The position numbers and the translations under genes were made by a program. The notes under the pieces were generated by a model. The model had not been told where the DNA came from, made no database searches, and worked only from the letters and a program-made list of their open reading frames with translations. DNA of 64,000 nucleotides, taken from the NCBI RefSeq assembly GCF_008831285.2, contig NC_045138.2, positions 30,318,001 through 30,382,000 of the forward strand, in the 5' to 3' direction. Below are positions 13,062 to 26,784 of this stretch, piece after piece (the stretch's first letter is position 1; the number at the start of each line of letters is the position of its first letter). The stretch is from Nymphaea colorata. Lineage: Eukaryota.

Positions 13062-14668
13062 GCTGCATGGCAGCCATGGCATGCTGTAAATTGGCAAATT
13101 CAGGAACGCAGGAGGCTTTGTTTGTGATCAAGCGGGCGACAGATGAAGTATTCTCAACAAGCAGAAGGGAACTAAGTCTTTCGGTAATCGAGGATGTAGT
13201 TGCAGAGTTCACTCCTTTGAGTTGCCCGTCAGATGAAATTGCAAAGTTAAAAACAACTGGACTTTTACTGTAGATAGGATGATCCGGCTGATACTGTTAG
13301 CATGTTTTGTACCAACATGTAAATTCATCTGACCATAGCCTAGTGATGGTCCTGATAGACGATTCTCAAACTAGTTTACGCCTACCTGTACCTCCTTCGG
13401 GGGAGAAAAGCCATATTGTAAGGTCGGGTTGGTGGTGTCAGGGGCAATGGCAACGGAGGATCCTCGGAAGTTTGTTTTTGTGGCCTCCCTTTCTTCTTTA
13501 GTTCAAACGTCCCTTTCTGTTAGAAAGGTCTGAAGACATTCAGATCACGGATTGAGAGTCCAGTTTAAAATCGAGATGTGGATCGACCGGTTTTGAGATG
13601 CGGTTAGGTACAATGCAGTTTATGTCAAACGACGCACGCTCAAGTGAAGGATAGCTGATGATTTCTTTTCTTGCCCTGAAGGAAAACGACCCTCTCCCCC
13701 TTCACCCCAAAGTCGCTGTTCATTGACAAGCCTCTGGTTGATATGCCCCTTGAGGTCTGTCTTTCTTATTTGAGAGTAATTATACTCAAGACCGGTACTT
13801 TATGTTAAGATGTCATTCTGTAAATCCTCGACTTTAAATCGCATCATTTGTGTTTCTCGGGTCTTTTAGCATACTGGTTGGTTGCATTTCACATCGAGTA
13901 TAAACTGTATAACTCTACGGAACTTGCAAAAATGATCTTGTAAACGCCAACCTTTTTGTTATCCTTACCTAAAAGAGTCTTCGAAGTCAATAAGCTTCCG
14001 CCAAACATTGATCTTTTGAAAGAGAAGTTAAAAGGATCTAATTATTCTACATAGAAATGACTAACCTTTGAAGAAAATGAAAAAGTTACAAAAGGTTTAC
14101 ATATTTTTAATTTCAAACGGTATAACCATGACTTGCATGTCATAATCAATGTCTGATCACTGTTAGTGTTAACATAATTCTAATAGATGGTTCAGTTGGC
14201 AACAGCTTATGAGGTTCTCAGAAAATCTCTTAAAAGATGGGAACCGTTGCTGCGCGTCACACAAGACAAAGGGTATCTCGCACTAGGGAGTTTTCAACTT
14301 TTGAGAGCTAAAGTTTAGGCCCTTTTAGTAAGATTCAGACTTGCTTGCCATCTCTTTCAGTTGTTCCTGTCACGTAAGTCCTTCAAGTTCAAAGCTGTTT
14401 CAATACTTAGATCAACTCCTGAAACATGGAACAATTGAAATCTTAGATCAAAACACTATGAGAAAGCTCTTTTGGCACAAACTAAGGATTTTTGCTTAAC
14501 CTTTCATTGCAAGAAGTGGGCCCCCCACCTTCCCCCCCTCAAAAAAAAAAAAAATCTTTTACTTTTTAATGGACTATTAGCTATAAAACCTTTGAATCGA
14601 AGAAAGACCAGAAATGAACAGGCCCATTTTGTTTCTGTTGACATTATTTCGTTGAATTGTGCCTAACT

Positions 14669-14793
14669 CGGGGGGTAGACATAAAATTTTGGTTAATGGA
14701 CATCAGTTATATAATTTAACTTTTGAAGGGCTCCTGTATGTAACACTTTTTGTGGACCTATATGAGCAGTTGCCCACACCTGTCTTCCTGCTG
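14669..14793. mobile_element. Degenerate short MITE-like insertion
   Basis: Flanked by direct repeat GCCTAACT(CGG) at 14661 and 14794. The left end CGGGGGGTAGAC resembles the CAGGGGCGGAG family; TIRs are degenerate. Confidence 0.4.
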
Positions 14794-15659
14794 GCCTAAC
14801 TCGGCTTTGCTTATTGAAAAAGAAACAAGAAGTTCTAAAATCGGCCAACTACTGGAGCAACACAAACGTCTTCTAGGTCGTGTTACCATTTTCTTGTTCT
14901 GTTCCGGATAACGTTGAAAAGAAGGCAGAAGGGCGCGGGGCCGGGACCGTGCATAAGTAGGTGGCCGGCATCAAAGTTCTTTCGACCTTAAAAATCCACT
15001 GAATAGGCCAACAGGAAGGTGCCCTCAATAAGCTATGAGTTCTCTCTCTCTCTCTCTCCAGCTTGCCTGAGTTGGAAGTGATGGTTAAATTGGCCCAGTT
15101 AATTTTATCTGGCTATCTTTTTTCAGGCTGAAGCTAAGATTCCCATGTGGATAAGTGAGACAACAAGAGTAACATACCTAATTTTAGCGTCGCCAAAGTT
15201 TGTTAAGAGGCTGAACCAGAACTCTTTGGAACATCGTTTATTTGTGACAGTTCCATCTCGACGTCAAAAAAGGAAAAACAAAAGGTGATTTTTTTGGAAT
15301 CCGACTTTAACCTCCACTACAGCAGTTACAAAATTAACTGATCTAAAAGATTTTGAGTTGTGAAGCCTGCAACAGTGATTGCATGATTAGCAAAGAAATC
15401 CGACTTAAAACATCCACCTAGTGACAGGATTTTCTAGGCTTACCAACTAAATTAAAAAAGAAAAGAAGACTACCAAGCAACATACTAGAAAAGAAAACGC
15501 AAGAGGGACATTGATTCTTTTCTTCTCTAGCCTTCCATGCATGCTCTGCCTTAGCCAGGCTTTGGTTATCTGACATGAAAGTGTGAGTTTTAAGATCCAC
15601 TGCTTTAGTCAACACCAGAAAACCATTCATTTCATTTCCAGTCAGAAGTAGAAGTAATT

Positions 15660-16134
15660 CACTAATTTGCAGCCGCGATTTACAGCTGCGAGATGTACAT
15701 GTATTTGAGCTCGCGAGGCCAGGTTGAATCGATCCACCGATTCCTGTTAACTAACGTGATCCAAGCATGGTAGAAAGACCAAGGACCTGTTAATTCAAAC
15801 TGGGTTTATAGCGGGACCTGGTAACAGAACAAGAATACATGCTGCCCTCAACTTCCTGCAGGACCCACCTGGGCTGCCTTGCCATTGTCAACTCTTCCAG
15901 CCTCCACTATGACTACAAAGAATTTGCACCTTGGATGATGTCTATTGTCTTCAAGTTTGACAATATAGCACGATTTGAAAATTTGTCCACAAAGCCAAAT
16001 TTGAGTATATTAATCGATACACCGATGCGAGACCTGCTTCCTATCATTGAAGTCAATAGGTGCAGCAATTTTTTTATGGTTTCAATTTCCAAAGGTAGGA
16101 CAAAGAGCCAACCTATTTTTTTGCTTGACAACAA
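15660..16134 (-). pseudogene. Decayed NLR (CC-NBS-LRR-type) leucine-rich-repeat fragment
   Basis: Minus-strand translations across frames give LPLEIETIKKLLHL (cf. LPxEIxxLKKLRHL), ILSNLKTIDI, LEELTM..SCRKLR and WPRELKYMYISQL, interrupted by stops and frameshifts. Confidence 0.45.
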
Positions 16135-16896
16135 TAATGGCTTCTTAACTGAGTGCGGAGGTGTTTAATGCTGCATATGTCATGACATATTATGTGGACA
16201 AATTCAAGGGGCAAAAATGCACAATGCAATTTATATGGCTGATTTCTTAATAAAGATCAGGTTTGCAAATGCATGTGTGTCCATGTATGAGTAATTCAAG
16301 AGCTTATTATTATTATCTTGTAATTGCATGAACAAAATTTTAAACTTAAACGCTAACAAAATAGATCTAGGAAGGTGCTGAAAATTATTTCAAAATTCGA
16401 ATGGCATTTAATGGAAAGGAGGGTTGAGGGGCAACCGCCGAGTCCTGACAAGCAGAGCATGTTGGGGCATTCATGAGCTCACGTTGCGGGCCGGCTTAGA
16501 CCAATTAGACAGGACGGTCATATCGACATGAGGAAATTTGTTCCTTGAACCTCTTTTGATATTTATTTCAACCGTTTCAGGATCCAGGTGAACTCCAACG
16601 ATTTCCTTCCAAATCTCTCTCTCTCTCTGCAACTTCTTTCACGGTTTCGGATTCTTTTCTTCTGTTATTGGCGAAGAACAAATCTTTATCAATCTTTTCT
16701 TCCCCTTAACTGCAGCTGTCCTTTCTTTTTCTGGCCCGCCATTCTCATTCCCGCCTCTCCTAGTCGTAATTGCCTGTATTAAACGAGCTACGCAGGGCCG
16801 AATTTCGATTGCCATCGTCAATAAACAGTCATTAGAGAGGAGGTGAGAGTGTGGAAAGCGTTCTTGGACGGTCTTTGGTTGATGGGTAGGTGAGAG

Positions 16897-19800
16897 ATGG
16901 GCGTCAGATTGTCTGGAGGCACCCCAAAGTCTACACAGAATGTCCGGCAACGCCACAGCAATAGCGGGTACGCATCGAGCGGCGAGGATCTCGAGGACGA
17001 CGCGTCCTCGCAGGCGGTGTACACCCCGCGGCCGCAGAGTCCGAGGGTTGGCGTCTCTGGTGTGCTGGAGTTCGTCTTCTGGATTCTCTCATCCGCCTTT
17101 ATCATCTACTATGGAGATGGCCGGTCGAACTTCATCTCCATGTTGCTCTGGGATACCCGAATTAGGAGGTTGGTTTCCCTCTTGAATGTATTCTATTGTT
17201 CTTGTTGGCTTGGCTCAATTTGAGAAGTTGGTTTCCCTCTTGGTGGTCCTCTTCATGATTTTTAAGTTGGACTCTCTCTTCTCTCTTTGAGAGGGTATAG
17301 GGTTTAATTAGGTTCTATGATTATGGGTTGTGGTCGCTGGAAAGTTTCACGGATTGTGGGTTTAGCTGACTTCTTCAATTTAATAAGAATGTATATCTTC
17401 ATGGACATTTTTCATCGAGGGGTCGCTGGAAAGTTTTACGGATTATGGGTTTAGCTGACTTCTTCAATTGCATAAGCATGTATATCTTCATGGGCATTTT
17501 TCATCGGGGGAATTATTTATTTTGCGGTTGTTCAAGAGGCTGTTTCAGTACGGATTTTTTCTTTCGAATTTAGGATTTTTTTTTTCTGTTTTTCTTTGTG
17601 TTCTCTTATTACTTTTCGGATGTATATGTGTTCGCTTCCCTACTATATCATCATTTACAATTTTACATGAACATTTGGAGGTATTCAAGTGTAGGACTTT
17701 CTGCTGTTCATAGCTGTACAGAGGCTTCGTTCCAATATATGATGTTCTACTTCTAGGTTTCTATTGTCTTTAGTTACCGATTTGGTTTATTCATTCATTT
17801 GTCATTTAACCATTGGACTTTTGCGGAGGATATCAACCATTATTGCTGTCTTCATGTGGAAACTATGGTAAGTTCAGTCAAATGATTGAGCATTAGCCTT
17901 TTTATTCCCTGAAGGGCTTTGCTTCAGACGGTGTGATTGATCAGTCAACTTCTCTGCAATGTCAGTATTGAGCTTTTCTTTTGCCTCTGACCATTGAATC
18001 ATGTATTGACGATAATATCATTTATTCAATGGGCACATATATCGTTGGAATAGCATAAAACAATTGAATGTTTTAAGTACTTAAGAGTTTTTTCCCAGTT
18101 GTTTTTCTACTTGTTCTCTTGATGGGTTTTGCTTATGCCTTGCAACATATTCATTTAATGTACCATTATTTAATCTCAACCTGGGCATTTTGTTAGTCTG
18201 AGCTGTTTAGAAGACATGTTTCAACTCCAAAAGTAAAAAGTTTTCTAGCATGGATGGGAAATTGTGGTTCAGAGCATGCGTCAAATGGACTTTGAGGAAT
18301 CTATACTTGCATGAATGGTGTCATCATGGTCATGACTCGTACAACTAATTTGAAAGGCCTGTCTGTTCATCCACGCCATACCTAAACACTTTCTTTTAAA
18401 AGGCCATGGGCATTCAAGTGAATATCGATCTCCTCAAAAGAAAAGAAAAAGGGAAGAAGTTCTGAAAATGAGGAAAAATAGACTTCCTCCTGATTCTAGT
18501 CTTACGATTAATTCTCCTCTTAATTCTCTCAGGTGCAGCTTAACCAGGAAACATATGTCTCTAACTGTCAAAGTCAGCTCTTTCCAGCCCATTCGCATAT
18601 CCCAACCTGCCCTTTAATAGCTTCTTGTTTCTGCCTCACAAAAAGCTAAGAACCTGGACAACTAAACATTTAGCCAACTTCCTTATAAACCCTCAAAGAT
18701 CTCCATGAATATTCAATATAAAACTAAACTTTCTCATAAAGGAGTGCTACAATCTACTCCTCTTAAGGCATATGTGTCTGTGTGTGCGACTCAAGGTCCA
18801 ATGGCGAACGTGGTTCCGATACCAATTATAACAACCTGGCCTACTCCTACATTCAGTTTGGATGTCCTAGTTTGGCAGATCCTAACTCGCCCCTTAGTAG
18901 CTTTGATTCCTACGCCAAAAATGCTAGGAACCAAGACAACTAATCATTCAGCCAATACCTTATAAACCCTTGAAGATTTCAAAGAATATTCAATCCAAGG
19001 CTAAACTTTGTCGTTGTGGAGTGTTATAAATATTATTCACAATATAATTTGGCTTTGGTGGCTTCTTGGAAGTGCGGATGTGTTGATATATTGCATCATA
19101 GCTCTGTGCTAAACGAGGACATGTATTCTTTTGAAAGAATATAGCTTTCATGAGATCTTGATTATCATTATGTGCACCAAAGTACATTAGGAAGACTATA
19201 TTTCTACTTCTCCATAACCAGATTGCTTATTTTATTTACATTGACTGGTTTTATGCTTTTCTGCACCATGCTGAAGTTGATGACTTTAAAGTTTATGTCC
19301 CATTAAATTAGGCTGAACTTTGCTAGTTAGGGGCATTTTAGTTGTTAATTTTAAAGGTTTAGTAACCCTAATAGATCGAGTAGCCAGTGTATTCTTTATG
19401 TTCAGCAATACCAAGTAGCTGGTGCATCATTCCTTTTGTTATCTATCATCTTGGGCGGAATTTCAATAGAGATCAAGAGTTGCAGACCTGGAAAGGCAAT
19501 ACATGGACTTAACCATTTATCTGGTGCAGAGTTTAAGAACTTTAATTTAGTTGTTAAGCTGTTCTCTTCCACATAAAGCTTTCATGATCTTGCATTGACC
19601 ATGTTAGCTTCCTTTTGAGGGGATTTATTTATGCATCCATTAGTGGGGATGAGAACATTAAGCAAAGACAAAAATGTGGTAGTTATGCTAGTCAATTCCT
19701 CGTGATAGGATGCTATGAACTGTTGTCTTTCTATCATTTTCATGATTGTCGTTAGGAGTTGTATCAGAGTTCAGATTTGAAGGGTTCCCCTAAATATTGA

Positions 19801-22800
19801 TGTTTTAATTGGACACTGCATCTATTGCTTGGTTGAGTATATTTTTTTCCCCTAGAAGAGTACTGAACAACTAAGAATTACATTAAGTTGAAGAAAGCTA
19901 AACATCAGACTTTGTTGACAACCAATGCAGAAATGGTCTGGCTCCTTGGCATCTTAAAGATACAGAAATACACCGGAAGATACATACCTTCCCATTGTGG
20001 TAGTCAAAGTTCTGTTACATTGCTAAGGATTTTATGAAACATACTGAAATAAGTTATTTCACATGCAAAGAAAATTTGGAGAGAGTTACAATTATGCAAC
20101 AAAGACCGTAATGTAATTTCCTGCATTTTCTGGTCCAGCTTTGCCTTTGTAATCTTGTGTACATGGAATTTCTTTTTCCTTCATGTATCCAAGGTCACTA
20201 GATTAGATATTATAACTTACATACGGTTAGATGTTGATTTCTCTCTTATCTCTAGATGGCATGGGTGTCATGTAGAATCACTTGAAATGATCTAGGGACA
20301 TCGCCTCTGGCTGAGTCTCTTCTAGACTTAGCTTCAGAATGCCTTAAGAGTGGAGTGATCAATGAATTTCGGAAAAGATGTTTCTCCAACATGAGCAAAC
20401 TGAGACAATATCTCTTGCTCAGGAAGAAATTGTTGCTCGGTATCTACTGCTGGTTCAGGGAACATTTTCTGGGCAATGCTACCTAGCTCTTGGAGCAGCA
20501 GATTGTCAACAGTTCAAAGTTCAAACCACAGTATAGGAGTTTGATTACTTTCTCTGTTTCTCTTTGTCTAGCACAAATCATAACTTGGTGCAAAGTCCTG
20601 TCTGATAATGAAATCCTCTTCAATCCATACATACTTTTACTTTATACAAGTATGCTAAAGTTAGAACAAAGATAAACTCTGGATTACTTTTATACCAATA
20701 ACTTAACCTCAATTTGGCCATCTTTCTTGAAAAACTTCAAGGCTTCTTTCGTAGTCCTTTGATGCAACTAATTTAATTCAGCTATGAATCCATTGATTTG
20801 TCCTAACAATTTGTTTGTCCTTTTTGAGGTTTTCTTTGTTGTGCATTTTCCTTCTTTTCACCACTCTCATCTAGATATATTAGCACCATAATTAGCAACA
20901 TGATAATCAGATTGAATCAAACAAAATACTCAGGAAGCCCTTTAAAATGCATGAAAAACAATGAAATTGTATGCCCTCAACAACTTGAACAAAATGCAAA
21001 CATCAAGGTAGCCCCTACTTGGACGTCCAATACTTATAACCTACCAACTTGTTAGAAACTTAGAACCCATTACCAGAACTCTATTTTTCATAAGCATCAA
21101 ATGAGTTCCTAGAGATCAACCTGATATGATCAAAACTGAAATAAGGATTAAACATTAAAAGGATATGATGAACTTAAAAAAATAATGACCATTTCTTGCA
21201 TAAAATGGCCAGTGATTGCAATCAACTCTTTGAGGTGCATAAAATTCTTTTTTCAGCAATATGTAACTGGAAAATTCTGCTTTTGCTGTAATTCTAGCAT
21301 CTTTCAGTTCAACACCAATTCACCCCCAGAAGGGTTAGCACCTTAAAAACTGCGGAAAGGAGGGAAACCACAATAGAGAAAGGTCTGAGCGTACATGGAC
21401 ACAAAAGTTCAGAATGAATGAGAAATAAAAGTTTTCTCTTGTAATTTTAGAATAAATAGGAAATATCTATTTTATTTCCGTGAAAGTGTTCTGTAACTTC
21501 CTAATAATTCCAGGTTTGGCAGTGATTTAATGGACATGATTTGGTCAAAATTTTGGTAGAAATCATGGTTTTAGTAGTGAATATTGCCATAATCATATGG
21601 TGAGCATTTGAGAGGTGGTAGATGCCAAGCTATGTTGAGGGCAGTGAATAATACTTGATGGGTTTTAACTTTCTGAAGGTTGTAGATATGGCTGGAGATT
21701 GGGTCAGGGCCCAGGCCTTGGGTTGGGCACTTCGGCTTTGGTTGTGAAGGTGACTCTCAGGCCAAGATTAACTGGGCCTGGCCTGGCTTGATAACTTATT
21801 GGGCTGCCCAGGCCAAGTCATGAATGCCCATCAGGGATGCAGTAATTTTTCTTGTGTATACAATGGTTTTCAGTGTGTATGCATAATACAAATTTGTATG
21901 TTTTTTTTCCTGTGAGGACTCGTTATCAGGCCAGACTTAGGTAATGAAAACGACCCTTAGGTGAAGATTAATGGGGCACTAATGCACAGCCCTAGTTATA
22001 GAGTGCTGCATATTTATCAAATGAATTACAGCATATGCAGTCTCTTGTGCATAGGCTAAACAAGATATTGTTGCTCTTCTTAACTGTAGGTACATTTCCG
22101 TGCATTGTTAGTCTGTATGAGTGTATCAATGCATGCAATATGCATGTCTTCATACATTACGTGTGCATAACTGTGTATGTATAATTTCATCAGATGGACA
22201 TTTGTTATTGTTGAGTCGTTGATTAATGGAATACTTTGGTTACTAATGTCCATTTGAAGTCATATAGCTTGTCAAACATTTGACTGACATGCTTTTAGTA
22301 TACCAAGTGAATTTTGTACAGCTGCAGGTTAGTTCATAGTGGGACAATAGAAGTTTATGCCTACCAACCCTTTGACAAGCAGTGAAAAGTTGCCATCATG
22401 TGGTTTAGTTAACTTGGATCCTAATTTGACAATTCCCAAGGGTGCCAATTAATATATTTTAGCACACCTTGTTCTATACAGCTGCAGGCTAACACATAGT
22501 GGAACCATAGAAGTTTATGCTCACCAAGCCCTTGACAAGTGATAAAGAGTTGCCAGTATGTAGTGATGTCGTTTTTAGCGGTCTTAACTTTTAGTTTGTT
22601 TTTGTAGTTGTGAAAAATAGTTCTGACAAAAAATTAATGAAAGTCACTTGTTTACTTTTTCATGGCCACCCAGGACAATGTCTCGGCAATGCAATTCTCT
22701 TGTCTTCTTACCTTCCTGTAAACCCTGGAAATTTTTTTGCTCTTTGTTGAAGGATAAAAAGGCACAGAAGCACATAGAAATAACGTAATAGATCAGTGTG

Positions 22801-23958
22801 GTTGCATAAATTGAAGGTAGAGCGTAGTTCAGAAAACAACTCAAGTAACTGCCTTCAGATATAATAAGTCAAATGAGGAGTAGATAGAAAATCCTATATT
22901 TCGCATATTATTATTATTTTTCATTTGAATAGTTTCTTTATCATGTCTATTTTTCAGACCATAAAGTAAACTTGCCACATTCTTTTCTCATAAGTCAAGC
23001 AAATGACCTAGTAAAAGATAAGATGCTTTGGTATGCTTGTTTATGAAGTAAGCTGCACTGTCATATTCCAGACCAATTTTTTGTTGCACTTACATGAACA
23101 AAAAAACATTTTTGTAATGAGATGTAATAACAAGAAGAATAAGTAATAATCCTAAATAATCACACAAATTCTGTTTTTACTTTTCTTGCAGCTGGCTTAT
23201 TGTGTTTTTCTTCATTTGACTTAAGGTGATCCTGAAAGAGTTTTTCAAGATGTGCTTTTAATCAAGTGGTTATACATAAACACATATTGATATTTCATAT
23301 TGTCATTCCAGATCTATTTCACAATTACTATATTGGAATTTGAGAGGCACTGTGAGTTTGTTTATGTTTCTTCATGGACTTGATAATCTGTTCTCTTCCT
23401 GCAGAGTGGCGCTCAACCTTGGCTTTATATGTATAAGTTTGAACTGTGCTATTGTTGTCTACACAACATGGTGGCGAATTAAACAAGATGATGAGAGTTT
23501 TGATGCATCAACTTCTACTGCTGTACAAATTGTGGTCATGATTGGGATCCTTTCCTTTTTAACGTAAGAAGCATCTTGTTTTCTTATTCATGTTTTGTTC
23601 AGCACTTGGTTCATGAGGAGATATGGTGCAGGTTTTCTGTTGCACTGTGGCCAATTTGGAGCTTCTTGACCTTGCCTCTTCTGGTATTATGCCACTCTCT
23701 CTCTCTCTCTCTCTCTCATACATGCTTGCATACACACATACGCACACACATACATGTCACGGACACTTGCATGGGGTTGTCCATGAGTGGTTGAGGGCTG
23801 GGAAGATGGATCCCTCTGCAAATAATTTAGCTTATGAGTTTCTTTATTTGTATCCCGTGTTGCAGTTGACATTGCTTATGGCTTTCATTGCTGTATCACA
23901 ACACATTCCACCATTCAGAAAATTCAGGTCACAAGCTGATCTTCTGCGTGATGACTGA
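16897..23958 (+). CDS. Multi-pass membrane protein, plant TMEM128-like family, 4 exons, ~191 aa
   Basis: Exons 16897-17168, 23405-23563, 23632-23683, 23866-23958, phases consistent, with a 6.2-kb first intron. Motifs SGGTP..RQRHS.GYASSGEDLEDDA, LEFVFWILSSAFIIYYGD, ALWPIWSFLTLPLL, C-terminal FRSQADLLRDD; several hydrophobic segments. Confidence 0.85.
18560..19028 (-). mobile_element. Degenerate TRIM (terminal-repeat retrotransposon in miniature) in intron 1 of the TMEM128-like gene
   Basis: Two diverged ~200-bp direct repeats (~18560-18751, left end approximate; 18827-19028 with termini TATAACA...TGTTATA) flank a ~75-bp interior. On the minus strand the interior starts with PBS-like TGGTATCGGAAC (18824-18813) and ends with purine tract TTAAGAGGAGTAGAT (18766-18752) before TGT. 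Confidence 0.7.
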
Positions 23959-26784
23959 ACCTTCATCAGTTGAAAACTTGAAGTATCTGAACAGCTATAG
24001 GCACCTTGTCATTTGGACGTTTGGCACTTGAAGTTTGATTAAAAATTTCTGCCACATTGAAAAGGAAGATGATTCTCTATGGCTTTCTTCACGAAAGTTC
24101 GGATGACTATTGACAGATAAGTATGGTCATATATGGTGATCTCGGGGTTTACAGAATTCAGTTTCGAAAATTCTTTACCTTCAATTTTTTTTTTTCCATT
24201 TTTTCTTGTGAAGAGGTTGGAGGGTCATGTGGGAGTTGAAATTTTAGTCGTACAGGAGGTTACCTGGAATTCTTTTTTGTCGTTTGATTTGTATCATACA
24301 GTGGTTGTTCAGAAGTTGCAGAAGAAAGTTTGATAGAAATTAGAATATACTTAGTTTCATATTCTACTGGTGTTTTGTGCTTCCCTTTTAATTGTTGATC
24401 CTTCTGCTTGACATTTTCTGCAACAGTCAACCATTTGTAGACATCTTCATATCCCAATTCACCCTGTGTGTTGCCCCGGATCTAAGCCTTTATCATTTTT
24501 GTTAACAAATAATGCATCTCAATGTTTCTTTTATTTAAGCACGGTAACCAGGATTCTCACTCATCGTCTGAGATTATGGTTGATATTAACCAAAAGTAGT
24601 AAAGTTCCGAAGGAGTTTTGTTTTGTTCATATTCAAGCCGGTTTTTTATGAGCAGAGGCATTCTCTTTGCTGATGAATAAAATAAGTTGAAAGAGCTGAA
24701 TTGGGTGCCCTTTTGAAAATTTTGGAGATAGGCAAGTAAATTGGTTATGCCAAGAAATACGATGTGTTTAATGAACTACTGATCTACAATGTGAATGGCT
24801 TGCACGTCCAATCACCTAGTCAGTCAGATTCTTCTTATTATGGTGTGTTCTCATAAATGTTCAGCTTATTGTTTCAATAAGTAGTTAGTTCTGATTTAAC
24901 AAACAGCAACCCTCAGCTGCAAACCGAAGACAAAATAGAGATTATGAGAGATTTTCGAGTGCAAAATGGCGATGAATTAATTGGAACTTCCATTCACATA
25001 ACAAATGGGCTTCTCGCTAATAAGAAAGGGGTTCTTTCAAGCTTCCTTCTCTTTTGAGAGGTATCTGGAGTTTCTTGCTTTGGAAACATGGTTTTGATAT
25101 AGAAAGCTTTTCACCTCAGGTGTATGCTTCACATAACTTTCATTTTGAAAAAAATGCCAAATCTTCAGAATTTTTGGAGATAGGCAAAAAGGAAAAACCA
25201 GACCTGAACTCTCTTGGAACACCCTTCTTTGACCTCAGATGGTGCCTACTTCGATTTACTTGAAATAGAATTTGAACTCTAAAACATAATTGCACAAAAC
25301 AGCTTTCCAATAAGTTCCATATATCTACCATATGATAAACTACATCTTAAATAAACTAATTGTTATCTAAACAGCTTATATTCATGTATAGTCTGCCCAA
25401 TTCATTTTTATGATCCGATTGAGCTCCTTAATCATGAGGAGTTATTGCAGATAATGTTAGCTATCCAAGTTTTAAATAATGAACCATATAGAATTGCATC
25501 AGAGAATAATTGTTTTGTCAACATAACAGAACATGCATTAGAATTATGTGATGATAGAGAAGCTGATGAAAATGCTTACTAAATGTACAAAATTATGCAT
25601 ATCATGCAAGTTAATCTTGATGTTTTCAGTGTTGGCCACTACCAGATAGTACTGATCAGAATCTGCCCCTTGCCGAAACAATAGAAGCGCAGGTGCTGGT
25701 CTCTTTATATATTGGCTAATATCTTAGCTGAATAAGCAGAACCAAACTGAGTTGGCCAATTCAGCCAGTATCAGTTTTACTTAAATGGATTATATCATAA
25801 TAAACGTTTTTTGTTTCCTCATGTAGAAATGCCCTGCCTCGTTAAACATTAAAAACATATCAGTGCCTTCTCCAAAGTTCGTTGGTGTAGGTTCAAATCC
25901 TTTCTCAAACAAAACTGATCAAAGCGATTGATTTTTCATAAAAGGATAGTATCCAGATGCCAAATCCATTGACCATGTAAATAGGTTGTCAAAAAGATCA
26001 AAACAACCACTTTGTGCCACTTTTACTGAAAGCAGACCCCATACTCTAGGACACAAGGGGTTGAATGGGAGCTTTGTCTCTCCGCCGGACAATGGGTCTC
26101 CCCCACTCACCCGGAAACATGAGCGCACAGCTTTGACACAACATGTACAACCACGTCTTGTGTATTGTCTAACAGAATGTCTTGCCTTTGTTGCCTGCAA
26201 CATAGTTCTATTTACAGAAATCTCTAGAAAAATGGAAAAACTTTGGAGAACATAAAGTGAAACAACCCAATGTTTGTTTAGAAAAGAAATCCCTTCAACC
26301 CACAGACAACAATGATTGTTTCAAGTATTGATGATCAGCTGGTCTGAAAATTTCTTTTAGCAGCTTTCTTTTGTTGACAATGATGAACTCACTTTTTTAA
26401 GTCTTGTTTGCGCCTAAATTATGCCAGTTTTTATATGTGCCCCACAAAATCATTTGAAAGAGGGCATATGGTATCATGACATACGGTTGGGAACTCTTTT
26501 AGTGATTCTCAGTGTCTTCCAAATCCAGTTCTTATGAGAACTACTTTAGTTCTCAGTTTCTGCCTACACATCTAAAAAAGGTGAATTATGTCACCAAAGT
26601 TGCTACCAAGAATGTGAATGACCATATTTCTTTCCAGAATTTATGATGATCATTGACAATCTGCCAGTCAGAACAGGGACAATTTCCTATAAATTTGCAG
26701 CTTTTGCTTCTTCCTTTTTGCATCTTTGCATGATAGACTTGTCTTCAATGCAAAAACTCCAATATCTCATCACTATATTGGAAC

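Noticed and set aside
13046..13273. ORF immediately after the MED17 stop
   Set aside because: No recognisable homology; lies in the expected 3'UTR and its length is compatible with chance.
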